In this document: positions 27,001 through 38,699 of the stretch, in pieces | How positions within the stretch are numbered: the stretch's first letter is position 1 | Layout of the letters: each line of letters begins with the position of its first letter | Source of the DNA: Hemiscyllium ocellatum | Lineage: Eukaryota | Assembly (NCBI RefSeq): GCF_020745735.1 | Contig: NC_083423.1 | Coordinates: 23,622,001 to 23,686,000, forward strand | Reading direction: 5' to 3' | DNA: 64,000 bases | Position numbers and translations under genes: made by a program | Notes under the pieces: generated by a model | What the model saw: only the letters and a program-made list of their open reading frames with translations | Database searches by the model: none | What the model was told of the DNA's origin: nothing

Positions 27001-27310
27001 TTACAGTAATAGTCCGAGGGTACAGTGAGAGTGTCGGGTTACAGTAATAATGCTGGGTTATAGTGAGAGTATAGGGTTACAGTGAGACTAGGGGTACCGT
27101 AATAGTGCTGGCATACAGTGAGAGTTGGGGGTTACAGTGAGAATAGAGGTTACAGCAATAGTGCTAGGGTACAGTGAGAGTGTAGGGTTACAGTAACAGT
27201 GCTGGAGTACAGTGAGAGTGTGGGGTTACATTGAGACTAGGGTTACAATAATAGTGCTGGCATACAGTGAGTAGGGCTACAGTAATACTGCTGGGGTTCA
27301 GTGAGAGTGC
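24010..27310. repeat. 55-bp higher-order satellite (17+19+19-bp submonomers with an AGGGTTACAGT core), ~60 copies
   Basis: Period 55 (24961 vs 25016). Confidence 0.95.
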
Positions 27311-27453
27311 AGTGTGTGGTCATGTTCCAAGTGAAGAATGATATTTCTGCGCACTTTGCGAGTTTCACTGTCTTGATTATGATAATTGGTGTGTCTGTAT
27401 GTCCCTATCCGGTATAATATGACCGAGTCCCATACAGTGTTCCGCTTGTTCAG

Positions 27454-27595
27454 GTGAGGAGCTATCTGTTGTCCCATGCGATCGAGAAAGCAGACAGAAG
27501 GTGCGAGAGCTGGAGGCTTTCATGGATCGATGTGTCCTCCATTACTGTAATCCATGGACCCTCTCCCAGCTGCCAGGAGCCTTCAGAACGTACAG
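27454..27595 (+). CDS. Uncharacterised gene exon (EELSVVPCDRESRQKVRELEAFMDRCVLHYCNPW...RTY/R)
   Basis: cttgttcag acceptor, ag|gtacct donor, phase 1 to 2, open in the required frame. Confidence 0.75.
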
Positions 27596-28209
27596 GTACC
27601 TAGTGTTGAGTTTAACACACAGCCTCCTGAACACAGAATACAGTCAATTCTGTCAATCCTCACTCTCTCTGGTCTCCTAGTCTTTGAACCCTGGTATTTC
27701 TCTTCCATTGTAAACATTGCCTCTAGACTCATGATCTCCCACATGTAGTTTGCAATCAACTGGTTGATTACAAAGTCACTGACAGTTAATCTCTCTGCTT
27801 TCCCATGTTCCCTCGCTGTGTGTATGCCAATCCCAATATTCCTGCATATATTTCATTTCCAGAAGTGGCTAAATAAAAAGGGCATGATCTTAATGGCTTT
27901 GTCAACGATTGTTCAAGGTTTCAGTTTGGTCCAATTGGACTGTCGGGCAAAGTAGGTCAAAGCAAACAAATGAATAAGAAATATACTTGGAGCTGATTGG
28001 TGTAGCTACTGGAAACACAGCAGGCTATTCAGCCCATCGTGTGCATGTAGACTCTGCAAGGCAGCTCAGATAGTCCTGCTCCTCTGCCCATTCTCTGGAC
28101 ACCTGCAGTGTTTTCTCTTCAAGCTGCTTTTCTAGTGGGCCCATTCAGGACAAAAGAACATGAACTGGGAGCACTGCCATGCCCACATTCTAATACCTGA
28201 GCAATACAG

Positions 28210-28365
28210 GCTGACCAGGGGCCCGGAAACAAATCAGGGTAATGCAAGTGACCTCCCATGCCTGTACATTGGGAGCTGCAGCAACAGTCAGGATGTTCCA
28301 GAGGAACAGGTCCAGAGGCTGAGCCGCAGTGTGGCCAGCGTCAGAGTGACACCACACAGAACAAG
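28210..28365 (+). CDS. Uncharacterised gene exon (LTRGPETNQ...TPHRT/R)
   Basis: Phase 2 to 2, aag|gtgaag donor; weak acceptor. Confidence 0.55.
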
Positions 28366-28399
28366 GTGAAGCAATAATGACCAGGGTTGAACCATCCAA

Positions 28400-30185
28400 A
28401 ATATACAAACTACATAAGCACTTGCCTTATATATCGATAAGTAAAAAGAGGGATTTGGAATAACATCACACAATGATCCATAATAAACGCAAGGATAGCT
28501 TTCCCTTGAACAGCTTACTTCATCCAAAGAAAGTTAACAAACTGAAGGCCATTTTGAAAGCTCAGCAATCAGTTTTTCTTCCTTAACCAGCAGCCAAAAG
28601 TAAAGCCTTCACTGACGCCACATTTCACATTTACCAGCCCCGGCAAAACACAAGAAATCATTCACTGACAGAGAAATAATTAAAGAACAATGTATCTTTT
28701 TTAATGATTTTTTAAAAACAAAGCCGAAACATTCATGACAATCCACAACATGTCACTTGGTGCTTCCACGGTAGCAAGACAAGTGGAAACGAAAACAGAA
28801 GTTGCTGGAAAAGCTCAGCAGGTCCAGCAGCATCTGTGAAGAGAAATCAGAGTTGACATTTTGCGTCCAGTGACCCTTCCTCAGAATGCAAGACAGTGGC
28901 CTCTTTGTCCAAACAGATCTCTCAGCAGCTACAGCAGGACCTGAAGGACTGTGAATGTCTCTCACTGTAGTTAGATGAATCCACTGTTTTTAAAAACCAT
29001 GTTCACAAAAACAATACCAACAAAAGAGGATCTTCTCACCCTTTTGCCCCTTAAAGAGAGAACAAGGGGTGAGGATATCTATAATGAGTTAAAAAGGTAT
29101 GAGCTTGAGAAAAGCATTCTGAGCAAGAAACTGGTTTCTATCACAAATGATGATGCACCAGCCATCAGCACCAATGTGGGCTTTGTTGCATTTTGCATTT
29201 TCCCTCTTTTATCAATTACCACTGTGCCATCCAACAACAAGCGTTCAGGAAGCTTTTCTCAAGTAATGCAGGTTGTGAAGATTGTAAACTCAATTTGAGT
29301 AATAGCCCTTCAGCACTGCTGGCTTCAATCCTCACTCAGCAAACTCATTGTTGCCTATGGAGAACTGACGTTCAATGCTGATGTAAGGTGGTGAAGTCAA
29401 GGGACAGTCCTATGAAGATTTTTAGATGTGATGCCTGAAATTATCTGTTTTCTTACATCAAAGAATCAGTGAGCTGTCAGAGAATACATGGTCACTTGAT
29501 TCCAGATACCTTATAGACGCCATAACATCAAAACTGAATGAGTTGAATTGAGAAAGGACAGAGACTCAGCACATATGATCAATGATGTGAATGCATTGAA
29601 ATTGAAACTGGATCCAATTTTAAAACAAAAACCAAAATGCTGTAATACTTCCCAAGTCTGGAGATAATACCAGAAAAAATCAAAGAGAAAGAAAAATGAT
29701 TCCACCCAAGAAGCATCCTCGCTGAGGAGAGGAAGTTAGCAGGAGAATTCAACAGCTGCTTTCAGCAGCTCAATGTAATGGAACAAATCATCATGTTTGT
29801 CACAAACCCATCCCTTCAATAACTTTGGTGGGTGAGCAGTTCCATCAGGTGACTCATTAACATAGCAATGGAGTTGATATGGAGATAATTACTGCGCAAA
29901 TTAATATTGAGCTGAAAGTAGGAACAGGGGACAGTGATTTTTTGGGGGAACTTATAAACTGAGAAAAATACCCATGCCTGTAATCCTGTGCTTTTAATGT
30001 GAAAACTTACTTTGACTCATATATGTCTGTGAGACAGTTTCCTTCCAAATGGAGACAATGAAGACCAAGTATCAGACCCGCCTCACAGACACCCGTTTGC
30101 TGGACTGTATACAATTCACAGACTCACACTACAACCCAAACATAAAGGCACTAGCAGAGAATGTGCAGTCACGGGTGTCATATTG
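28400..30185 (+). mobile_element. hAT (Charlie/SPIN/GTF2IRD2-like) transposase fossil
   Basis: SL.LDEST, TRGEDIY, KLVSITND.APA, YHCAIQQQ (CxxH region) and DVRW motifs; broken by stops and by a short insertion at 28786-28888 flanked by duplicated gcaagaca. Confidence 0.8.
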
Positions 30186-31317
30186 AGACTCTGGGAGCAG
30201 AGAACAAAATGAATAAATATATATGCTAAGTTTTAGAGAAATATAGCACTAAAAATATGCCATTTATCTTAAATTTTCTTAGCAGTAAATCCTGGATCAC
30301 ACATAAACTCAAAATGCTTAAAAGGGTTGGAGACCTCTGCTCTCCACTGACCCTGTGAACCTGATTTTCCTGCTCAGGACATTCACTGTTCCTACCGTAC
30401 CCGTACACAACTCCACTCTCACCTCCAAGAGTATGGGAACCATGGACTTCCTGATCTCTACAACTGAGACCCACTGATGACACCATGCTCCTTCAATCCC
30501 TCTCTACCCTCATCCAGTTGCCTGGCTCTATCTTTGTTTCATGCCATAAAAACGCTTCATATTCTGACTTTTTTCTTGGCGGATTTAGGCATCTCATCTT
30601 CAGTGGTCGGGTAAGAGGCTTGCAGTGCTGAGCTACCCAGCTGATCTCTCCCATTTCTGAAAGGAAAGCTCCCCCTTTTAGAGTTCAGAGTGGAACCTCT
30701 TTGTTCTTTTGAAAAAGTAACTGGAGAGTCTTCTCAATGGTTTATTTTCTGAGGGAGCTTGTCTGAAAGACTCCAGAGGTAACCATGTATGGTTAGTGAC
30801 TTGGCCACATCCAGCCAGATTATCAAAGCCACTGATTTTGGAACATTTAATTCATCAGCCAACATTGATCAGAAAACACAACCATGGCTGCAGAGAGGTC
30901 TGTCATCTCCCCTCTCTCCCCATGAGTTTGTGTTTGTCTTTTTGGGGTATTTGGAGCAAAGTGCTACTCAGGACCCCAGGTGGAGTCTCAAGCTGACCTT
31001 TTGGGTCACATTCTCAGCAGCAGCAGCAGCTACTGTGCAGTTCCACCCCATTTCCCTGACTGATCTTCCACACTCTAACCTGCATGCATCATTCTCAAAA
31101 GGAGGTCACAGTGGGAAAGTGTTTGGAATAAGCATCTATACTTCCATATTACTAACTGCTTATGTTCACCACTGGGGTCACCATGAAGGTGCTTTGTTCT
31201 CAATCTTTTCCCTCTGCCACGGTGTAGTAGCCCTCAGGTTAAACTACCACCAGTCCTCCCCCTCTCTCTCCCTAATGAGAGAGTAGCCCTGTGGTCCTCT
31301 GAGGCTATGGCATCCTC

Positions 31318-31730
31318 CATCGCCAAACCCTGACCACACGACGCCTGGAGGAAGAGAGCCTCATCTTCTGCCTAGGAACCCTCCAACCACACGGGATGAA
31401 TGTAGATTTCTCCAGTTTCCTCATTTCCCCTCCCCCCACCATATCTCAGTCCCAACCCTCGGATTCAGCACCGCCGTCTTGACCTGCAATCTTCTTCCCG
31501 ACCTTTCCGCGCCCCACCCCCTCTCCGGCCTATCACCCTCACCCTCACCTCCTTCCACCTATCGTATTCCCAATGCCCCTCCCCCAAATTCCCTGCCCCC
31601 TACTTTTAATGTCAGCCCACTTGGCACACCAGCCTCATTCCTGAAGAAGGGCTTATGCCCGAAACGTCGATTCTCCTGCTCCTCGGATGCTGCCTGACCT
31701 GCTGTGTTTTTCCAGCACCACATTTTTCAT
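31318..31730 (+). mobile_element. Penelope-like element 3' fragment (GIY-YIG C-terminus + pLTR)
   Basis: RRLEEESLIFCLGTLQPHGMNVDF; 13-bp direct repeat ctatggcatcctc at 31305-31317 and 31731-31743. Confidence 0.8.
31637..31672 (+). ncRNA. Minimal hammerhead ribozyme motif (PLE-type)
   Basis: CTGAAGA-A-GGGC(TTAT)GCCC-GAAA-CG-TC. Confidence 0.7.
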
Positions 31731-32115
31731 CTATGGCATCCTCACCTACATTCACCGATTATTGCACCTTCATTGAATCAGTTTTGTTTAGTTAGTAAAC
31801 CCATAATTGTGTTTTTTAATAAACTTGCTCTTTGTTTTTAAATGTAATCCTAAAATGGATGAGGGATTAAATTAGCCATTTTAGTGACTGGGAAAGCCAT
31901 TTTTATTTTAAGTTGTGGCCTGTGAAGTGGTTTAATGAGCAACATTACATTCTTCCAGCCTCAGTTGTAACACACTCCCATATATCCTCTTTAATAGTTA
32001 CTAACACCTAGCTCCCCCACCGAACCCATCCCTCATCCCAGTTTACACCTACAGGAAAGGGAGAAAAGCCAACTGGGATTTTAATCTGTTTTAACTCTGG
32101 GCTATAGGATTCCAG

Positions 32116-32196
32116 ACGAGTCGTAGATGATAAAGTACCAACTGGGAGCATTGGGAGGAATACAGGAAGGTTCCAGGGAGTTTCAAAGATATCAAA
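32116..32196 (+). CDS. Possible small exon of the uncharacterised gene (RVVDDKVP...SKIS)
   Basis: Symmetric phase 2 to 2, strong aa|gtgagt donor; acceptor uncertain. Confidence 0.3.
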
Positions 32197-32597
32197 GTGA
32201 GTTTAAGGAGCAGGAAAGATCATCTCCAGGACCTGGGTGAGAACCGAAGCTGGAACACCAGCGCTGGTAGATCTTCAAACTCCAGCTGAATTATGAGCAA
32301 GACCCAAAGTTCGACGTTCTAGGATCAGGACTGGATTAGGACAGTCTTCAATCCAGTTCAGGTGTCAACCAAGATAGGTTCAGTGCATCTAATATTAGCT
32401 GCAAAATATACAGTTCCATCCATAGACAACAGAGCAGCTGAGAGGCCCAGAACCAGGGCTGAAAACAGAAAAGTAACACAGCATGTGAGAGCATCTCCCT
32501 GACCCACACTGACCCACACTTAATTATTGAGTGGGCTGGAAGGAATCTTTAACCCCAGACTGCACAGTGGTTACATTTCATCTCCTACTAATTACAG

Positions 32598-32716
32598 CTT
32601 CAGCTTGTCCAGCATAATGGGTCCTGAGGCAGGCTCTGAGAGAATGACCCCAAATGATGGGGAAAGGAGCAGATTCTGCAGTAAGACACATTCCTGCGAC
32701 ACCAACGGGAACCAAG
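32598..32716 (+). CDS. Uncharacterised gene exon (FSLSSIMG...TNGNQ)
   Basis: ctaattacag acceptor, aag|gtgggt donor, phase 2 to 1, matches both neighbours. Confidence 0.6.
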
Positions 32717-32779
32717 GTGGGTGTGTCAGTGGGTAAGGGTGCAGTGTCCTAGAACTGCAGTGTCCAATAGGGTTAGGTT

Positions 32780-33720
32780 TAGGAGTGGATTGGAGTATAA
32801 TGTCGGGAGTGAGGGTTTGAATGTAATGTTGGAAGTGGGGTTGGAGTTGAAGGCTTGGGAGTGGGGTTGGAGTTTAATGTTGGGAATGGGGTTGGATTTT
32901 AATGTTGGAAGTGGGGTTGGAGTTGAAGGCTTGGGAGTGAGGTTGGAGCTTAATGTTGGAAGTGGGGTTGGAGTTTAATGTTGGGAGTGGGGTTGGAGTT
33001 TAATGTTGGGAGTGGGGTTGGAATTTAATGTTGAGTGGGGTTGGAGTTTAATGTTGGGAGTGGGGTTGGAGTTTAAGGTTGGGAGTGGGGTTGGAGTTGA
33101 AGGCTTGGGAGTGGGGTTGGAGTTTAATGTTGGGAGTGGGGTTGGAATTTAATGTTGAGTGGGGTTGGAGTTTAATGTTGGGAGTGGGGTTGGAGTTTAA
33201 TGTTGGGAATGGGGTTGGATTTTAATGTTGGGAATGGGATTGGAGTTGAAGGTTTGGGAGTGGGGTTGAAGTTTAATATTGGGAATGGGGTTGGAGTTTA
33301 ATGTTGGGAGTGGGGTTGGAGTTTAATGTTGGGAGTGGGGTTGGAGTTTAATGTTGGGAGTGAGGTTGGAGTTTAATGTTGGGAGTGGGGTTGGAGTTGA
33401 AGACTTGGGAGTGGGGTTGCAGTTTAATATTGAGTGGGGTTGGAGTTTAATGTTAGGAGTGGGGTTGGAGTTTAATGTTGGGAGTGGGGTTGGAGTTTAA
33501 TATTGGGAGTGGGGTTGGGTTTTAATGTTGAGAAAGGGGTTGGGTGTTAAGGTTTGGGAATGGGTTTGAGGTTTAATGTTGGGATGGGGTTGGGGTTTAA
33601 GGTTGGGAGTAGGGTTGCAGTTTAATGATGTGAGTGGGGTTGGAGTTTAATGTTCGGAGTGGGGTTGGAGTTGAAGGTTTGGGAGGGGGTTGGAGTTTAA
33701 TTTTAGGAACTGATTTAAGA
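32780..33720. repeat. 25-bp G-rich minisatellite (gggagtggggttggagtttaatgtt), ~36 copies
   Basis: Period 25 (33301 vs 33326). Confidence 0.95.
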
Positions 33721-33868
33721 TTTAATTTTCTGAGCTGGTTTGGGATTTAAGTTTGGCAGCTGTTTTGAGGTTGGAAAAACTTTGGGAGTAGGGGTTGGAA
33801 TTTGAACTGGTTTGGAGGAATACTCAGCTGCCTACATTCCTAATTGCGATCTCCGTTTTCTATCTCAG

Positions 33869-34085
33869 AGGTTGCTACATCTCTTTCCTTGCTCATGGAC
33901 TTGCAGAGACACTTTGAACAGGAAATATCTTTCATCTTGTCCACATCGATGAGCCCAGCTGAGAAGCGCTGGTTTCTACTTTCCCAGCACTACTTGCAAT
34001 GTCAAGCTCTGCATCAAGACACATTTGAGACAATTGCACTTGTGCTAAGTAATACTGATTGGGAAGCGAGTGTCCAAAACCCATG
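33869..34085 (+). CDS. Uncharacterised gene exon (EVATSLSLLMDLQRHFEQE...)
   Basis: ttttctatctcag acceptor, phase 1; donor either 34085 (tg|gtata) or 34048 (a|gtaata). Confidence 0.7.
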
Positions 34086-34199
34086 GTATATAAATTGCAA
34101 ACTCCACAGCAAATGATCCAGGGCATCGTGTGGGTGGCCATCTGTCAGAGGAGGTCCAGATCCTCAGGGGAGGTCCAGATCCTCAGGGAGTGGCATGAT

Positions 34200-34527
34200 T
34201 TTTCTTTTGAATATTTTTGATTACTTACAGTGTGGAAACAGGCCCTTCAGCCCAACAAGTCCACACCGACCCGCCGAAGCACGACCCACCCAGACCCATT
34301 CCCCTACATTTACCCCTTTACCTAACACTACAGGCAATTTAGCATGGCCAATTCACCTAGCCTGCACATCTTTTGGACTGTGGGAGGAAACCGGAGCACC
34401 CGGAGGAAACCCACACAGACATGGGGAGAATGTGCAAACTCCACACAGTCAGTCGCCTGAGTCAGGAATTGAACCCAGGTCTCAGGCGCTGTAAGACAAC
34501 AGTGCTAACCACTGTGCCACCGTGCCG
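34200..34527 (-). mobile_element. Full-length HE1-type tRNA-derived SINE
   Basis: - strand A box TGGCACAGTGG and B box GGTTCAATTCC, central gggtttcctccgggtgctccggtttcctccc domain, LINE-like tail. Confidence 0.9.
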
Positions 34528-34913
34528 TGATGTTTGAGAGAGGGGCCCAATGAAAGGAATTAATCATAATTAAACTCTGCACACTAGTAGAAAATTCCAA
34601 CAATTGAAATTTGAAGATTTCAAATCATAGCCGGAAGAGTTGGGGTCCAGTAAGAGAGAGGGACTGGGATTTGAGAGTGGGAAGATCCGTTTGGAGTTTG
34701 GGGGCAGAAGGGAGAGGGACTGGGATTTCAGAGAGAAGGACACAGCATCGGGCTGTGCTAATGGTAGTGAGTGAGGCTTTGGCACATTTACTCCCAGGGA
34801 TTTCAGGTTGAGGGTTTGATTTTCTCTGTTGCTTGCATAATACTGGAGATTTAACGTGTTTTCACTGACTCTCTCCGAGGTTTGGTGATACATTAGCTGT
34901 CCGCACTCTGCAG

Positions 34914-35060
34914 GAATTCATCTGCTCAACTCTTCCTCAGAAACCAGAGCAGACCAGACTCACAGCTCCTGACCTGAGTGAGGTGGCATTGCTGGGTACA
35001 CTGCAAATTCAGAGGAAGGTTTTGGAACAATTGTGTGAAAATCATCAGCAGGAACAATCA
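34914..35060 (+). CDS. Uncharacterised gene exon (EFICSTLPQ...HQQEQS)
   Basis: ctctgcag acceptor (alternative at 34897), tca|gtgagt donor, 49 open codons. Confidence 0.7.
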
Positions 35061-35739
35061 GTGAGTTGCTATTAGGAGGACGACTCCATCTTGTATACTT
35101 TACAAAGCTAACGTGATTCATTCTATGAGAATCTATTTTAGTCCCTGTCTTAATGTTTCACTTTCTCAGACTCCCAAGATGTCCTGCATGGTGCCAACTC
35201 ATCTTTCTCTGGTGTGCCCTACCTTTCCAACTTCAAAATGCCCTTGCCATCCATCCTAGGAATGCCCTGACTGCCGTTGATTAGGTGTGGTGCCTGGTAT
35301 TAATTTGGAATGCAGTCTCTCCTAATCCCAGTGAGAACAGGACACTGCCTTACTTTATACCTTATCACTTCATATCACCAAATGTTGGAGAACTGTCCCT
35401 GTGCTGGAGTGTTTAATGGCAGCAGTGTTAGAGGGAGCTTCACTCTGTGTCCAACCAAATCTGCACCTGCCCTGAGAGTGTATAAGAGGACAATAGGAGT
35501 TTGATTTTTAATCAACTTATGTGGACATGTTCACACATCCAGGACAGGGGAGATTTAAACTTAGAAGCGATGATACTGTAGGCTGGGATGTTATCACTGA
35601 GCTATGGGACTCCTTTGTGGGAAGCTTTAATCTGTATTTAATCCTCTCCCACTAATACTGTAAGGAAATTGATGTCTTTCATTAAGGGATAAGGTCTGAT
35701 CTTCTCTAATCTTCCTTCTCAACTCTCTTTCGATTTCAG

Positions 35740-35853
35740 TTGCTGCTCCAGTTTATTTACCAGCAGATGATGATAGTTTCTGGTGTGGAAGCAAACTCGG
35801 AAATATCTCGATTTAGTGACACCGTTATTCCCGGTCAGAGTGACAGTGATTGG
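35740..35853 (+). CDS. Uncharacterised gene exon (LLLQFIYQQ...SDSDW)
   Basis: Long pyrimidine tract + ttcag, tgg|gtaaat donor, phase 0 to 0. Confidence 0.75.
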
Positions 35854-36029
35854 GTAAATACACCTGGGGACTGCACTGCCGAAAGTGNNNNNNNNNNNNN
35901 NNNNNNNNNNNNNNNNNNNNNNNNNNNNNNNNNNNNNNNNNNNNNNNNNNNNNNNNNNNNNNNNNNNNNNNNNNNNNNNNNNNNNNNNNNNNNNNNNNNN
36001 NNNNNNNNNNNNNNNNNNNNNNNNNNNNA

Positions 36030-36260
36030 TGACACACAAACCCACACACTCTCAAACACACTCATACACACACATCCATACATTCAGGCATACTCATACA
36101 CTTGCAGTCATACTGACACATACACCCATATACTCAGACACGTTGACACACACACACACACTGCCTCACACACACAGACACACACCCTTACGTAGACATA
36201 CTGACACAAATACTCTCACACAGACACACACCCAGACAAACTAACACACAGACACGCACC
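36030..36260. repeat. Degenerate CA-rich repeat next to gap 35888-36028
   Basis: Imperfect (CA)n. Confidence 0.8.
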
Positions 36261-37333
36261 CCTCATTTGGGAATATACCACTATTCCTTTACAATCTCTC
36301 GGCCAAAAGTTTGGAACTCTGCCCTGAACAGAATTTTAATGAAATGGCAATTGTTCAAAAATGTGGCTTTCCAGCACCTTCTAAAGGGCAATTAGTGAAG
36401 GTTAATAAATGTCAGTGACACCTTTATCCCCAGCATGAATTTAAAAATACATGGATCCCTCCCTGCTCTCATGCTGGAAACATAATCCAAATTCTAGCTT
36501 TCCTCTAATCACTGGACTTCACCGGGAACCTCATTTGCATTTCTGACTGAGACATTGAGCTGAATTTTCCTCACACCCAGAGGGTGACACTGTGGTAGGC
36601 TGAGGAAGCGCATACCTCCTTTGGCTCCACTACGGCTCTCTGCCATCCAACTTTCTCCTCAGGAAGGAGCTCCCAGCAGCAGTGATGAGAGCCAATTAAG
36701 GCACTTGAAAGGAAAATGAAGTCTTATTCTTGACAGTGTATGTTTTTGTGAGCAATACAGAGGTCTCCTGTTGTGAGCACTGCTCAGTGGGAGACAAGAT
36801 GGGGCTCACGCTAGAGAAGAGCTCACTCACCAGCAGTGAATAGCAAGGCTGCTATTGGCCCATATCACAGCCTTGTCACTGAGCTTGGAAGCAGCATGGA
36901 TGGATATCTCCAACAGCTGCTAATGGGAACAGGGCCCATCGCCCGCAGCAGCATTCCATCTGGTCTCGCAGTAAAGGATGCAAGCATTCTGCGCTCACCC
37001 ATCATCCTTCATTGCACAGCCAATGATGGAGCTGTGGCCTGTTTGTTATCCCCAATCTGCTCCTGTTGAAGGGTGTCTGTCAAACAGCAAACTGAAAAGT
37101 GCACTCGTTCCCAACATTCAGGTGAAAATTACAGCCATTGCTTCAGTCTGGGTTTCTAGTTCCAATTGGATACTCTGAGTAAACAGACCCCCCCCCCCCG
37201 TGGGTTTTTGCTTTATCAGTGCACTGTTTTAATAGACTCTGTTTGCTGAATGAACATATTTTATTGGATGTAACATGGATACTTCACCATGAGCCCTGTC
37301 TTGAATCAGAAGTGTATAACTGGTCACTTCTAG

Positions 37334-37489
37334 CTCCGTGGCCTGAAAGTGGCTTTTGGTCAGTATTGGGAAAGGAATGAGATTTCTGAGCAATCCAGGA
37401 ACCAAAGTCCAGCCATTCGCAGTCTCGTAGGCCTTCAGCAGAGACAACTGGTCGAAGCGAGAGAATTAATCCGGCAGCTAGAGGGACAG
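37334..37489 (+). CDS. Uncharacterised gene exon (LRGLKVAFG...RQLEGQ)
   Basis: cacttctag acceptor, cag|gtgaga donor, phase 0 to 0. Confidence 0.8.
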
Positions 37490-37589
37490 GTGAGAAATTT
37501 ATCATTCCTCAGCATCTTAAACTCTGTTCCATCTTGGGGAGTGTGGGAGCTGCAGAGTTACAGGGATATGGGTTCGGGGCTCTGGGCAA

Positions 37590-37990
37590 GTGATCCTTGT
37601 ACATGGTGGGCTCTGGTTTGTATGGGGTGCATCTGAGTCTGTACTTGGGCATTTTTCTGTATTGGGTAGGATACCTGATTGGGAAGGGGACCCTGCATCA
37701 GGATAGGTCTGGGAATTGTGTGAGACTCTGCATTGAGGCAAGGGTCTCTGTAAAGGGAAGAGGGACTCTACTTTGCGGTGGTCTCTATTGGTGGGGGTCT
37801 TTGTGCTGGGGGTTCGCAATATTGTGTGGGTCTGTATAGATTGGTCCCTGTACTGAGGAATCTATATTGGGGGATATGTATGGGGGTATCTCTCTAATGG
37901 GGGTTCTGCATTAGGGGATCTGTCATACTGGGGATCTCTCTGTTGGGGGATTTGTATTAGGGATCTGTTTTAGTGATCTGGATAGAGATC
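37590..37990. repeat. Degenerate low-complexity repeat (tctgtattgggg-like)
   Basis: Recurrent tctgta/ttgggg motifs. Confidence 0.5.
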
Positions 37991-38149
37991 CGCACTGTTT
38001 GAGGGCTCTGTCTCCCAGTATTGTCCTCAGTTTGTAGTTAAGGATTTTTGCTGTTTCTGGTGGATGCACTCTCAACCCTGTTCTGTCTTTATTTCTAGTC
38101 CCTTGATGATCTGATTCATATTTACTGCTCACTGCTTGATAACCTCCAG

Positions 38150-38225
38150 AACCACCGCTACCATAGCAACCTCACAGCCCTGTTACTGGGCCACGTCACA
38201 TCAGAGAAGGACAATGAACAGATCG
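38150..38225 (+). CDS. Uncharacterised gene exon (NHRYHSNL...DNEQI)
   Basis: ctccag acceptor, cg|gtaagg donor, phase 0 to 1. Confidence 0.7.
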
Positions 38226-38486
38226 GTAAGGGCCTAAGTATGGAGATTGAGATAAACGTTGATGTGATGGGCTGGAGATGGGGGTGAAGGTGGACATTGA
38301 TGGGATGAGCTGGATATTGAGTTTGTTAATCAGGGTCTCCTACACACATTCTTCCCATTGGAATTGAGGTTGGACAGGATGTGGTCTCTGATTCTCTCCC
38401 ACCCCTACCTCGTGTTTTATCATACTGTGGAGTGGGCAGTCATACAAGACACTAACGTGTAATTTGTCTGATCCTATTGATGACAG

Positions 38487-38647
38487 TAGACTGCCTTGGA
38501 GTTTGCTCTAGTCCAGTGTATTGCAGCCAGGACACTGAGATGGGGGATTCAGAGTGCTGTGTGAGTGACCCAGCCAAGCTCGAAGGTGATGTTCTCCACC
38601 TCAATGAAACACCTCTCCCAATTCTGGCAGACCTTTCAATGGTGCAG
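38487..38647 (+). CDS. Uncharacterised gene exon (VDCLGVCSS...LSMVQ)
   Basis: NAGNAG acceptor cagtag, cag|gtgagt consensus donor, phase 1 to 0. Confidence 0.8.
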
Positions 38648-38699
38648 GTGAGTGAATGCTTTCAGACCAGAAAGGCCTCCTGCTTCCTCAAACAGGAAC

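Noticed and set aside
24010-27310. Interstitial telomere
   Set aside because: No tandem (TTAGGG)n; only isolated TAGGGTTA cores within longer monomers.
34455-34527. tRNA gene
   Set aside because: The A/B boxes belong to a SINE head continuous with the SINE body.
34631-34766. Bridging exon that would fix the phase between 34085 and 34914
   Set aside because: The phase fits but the acceptor lacks a pyrimidine tract; alternative splice sites explain the junction equally well.
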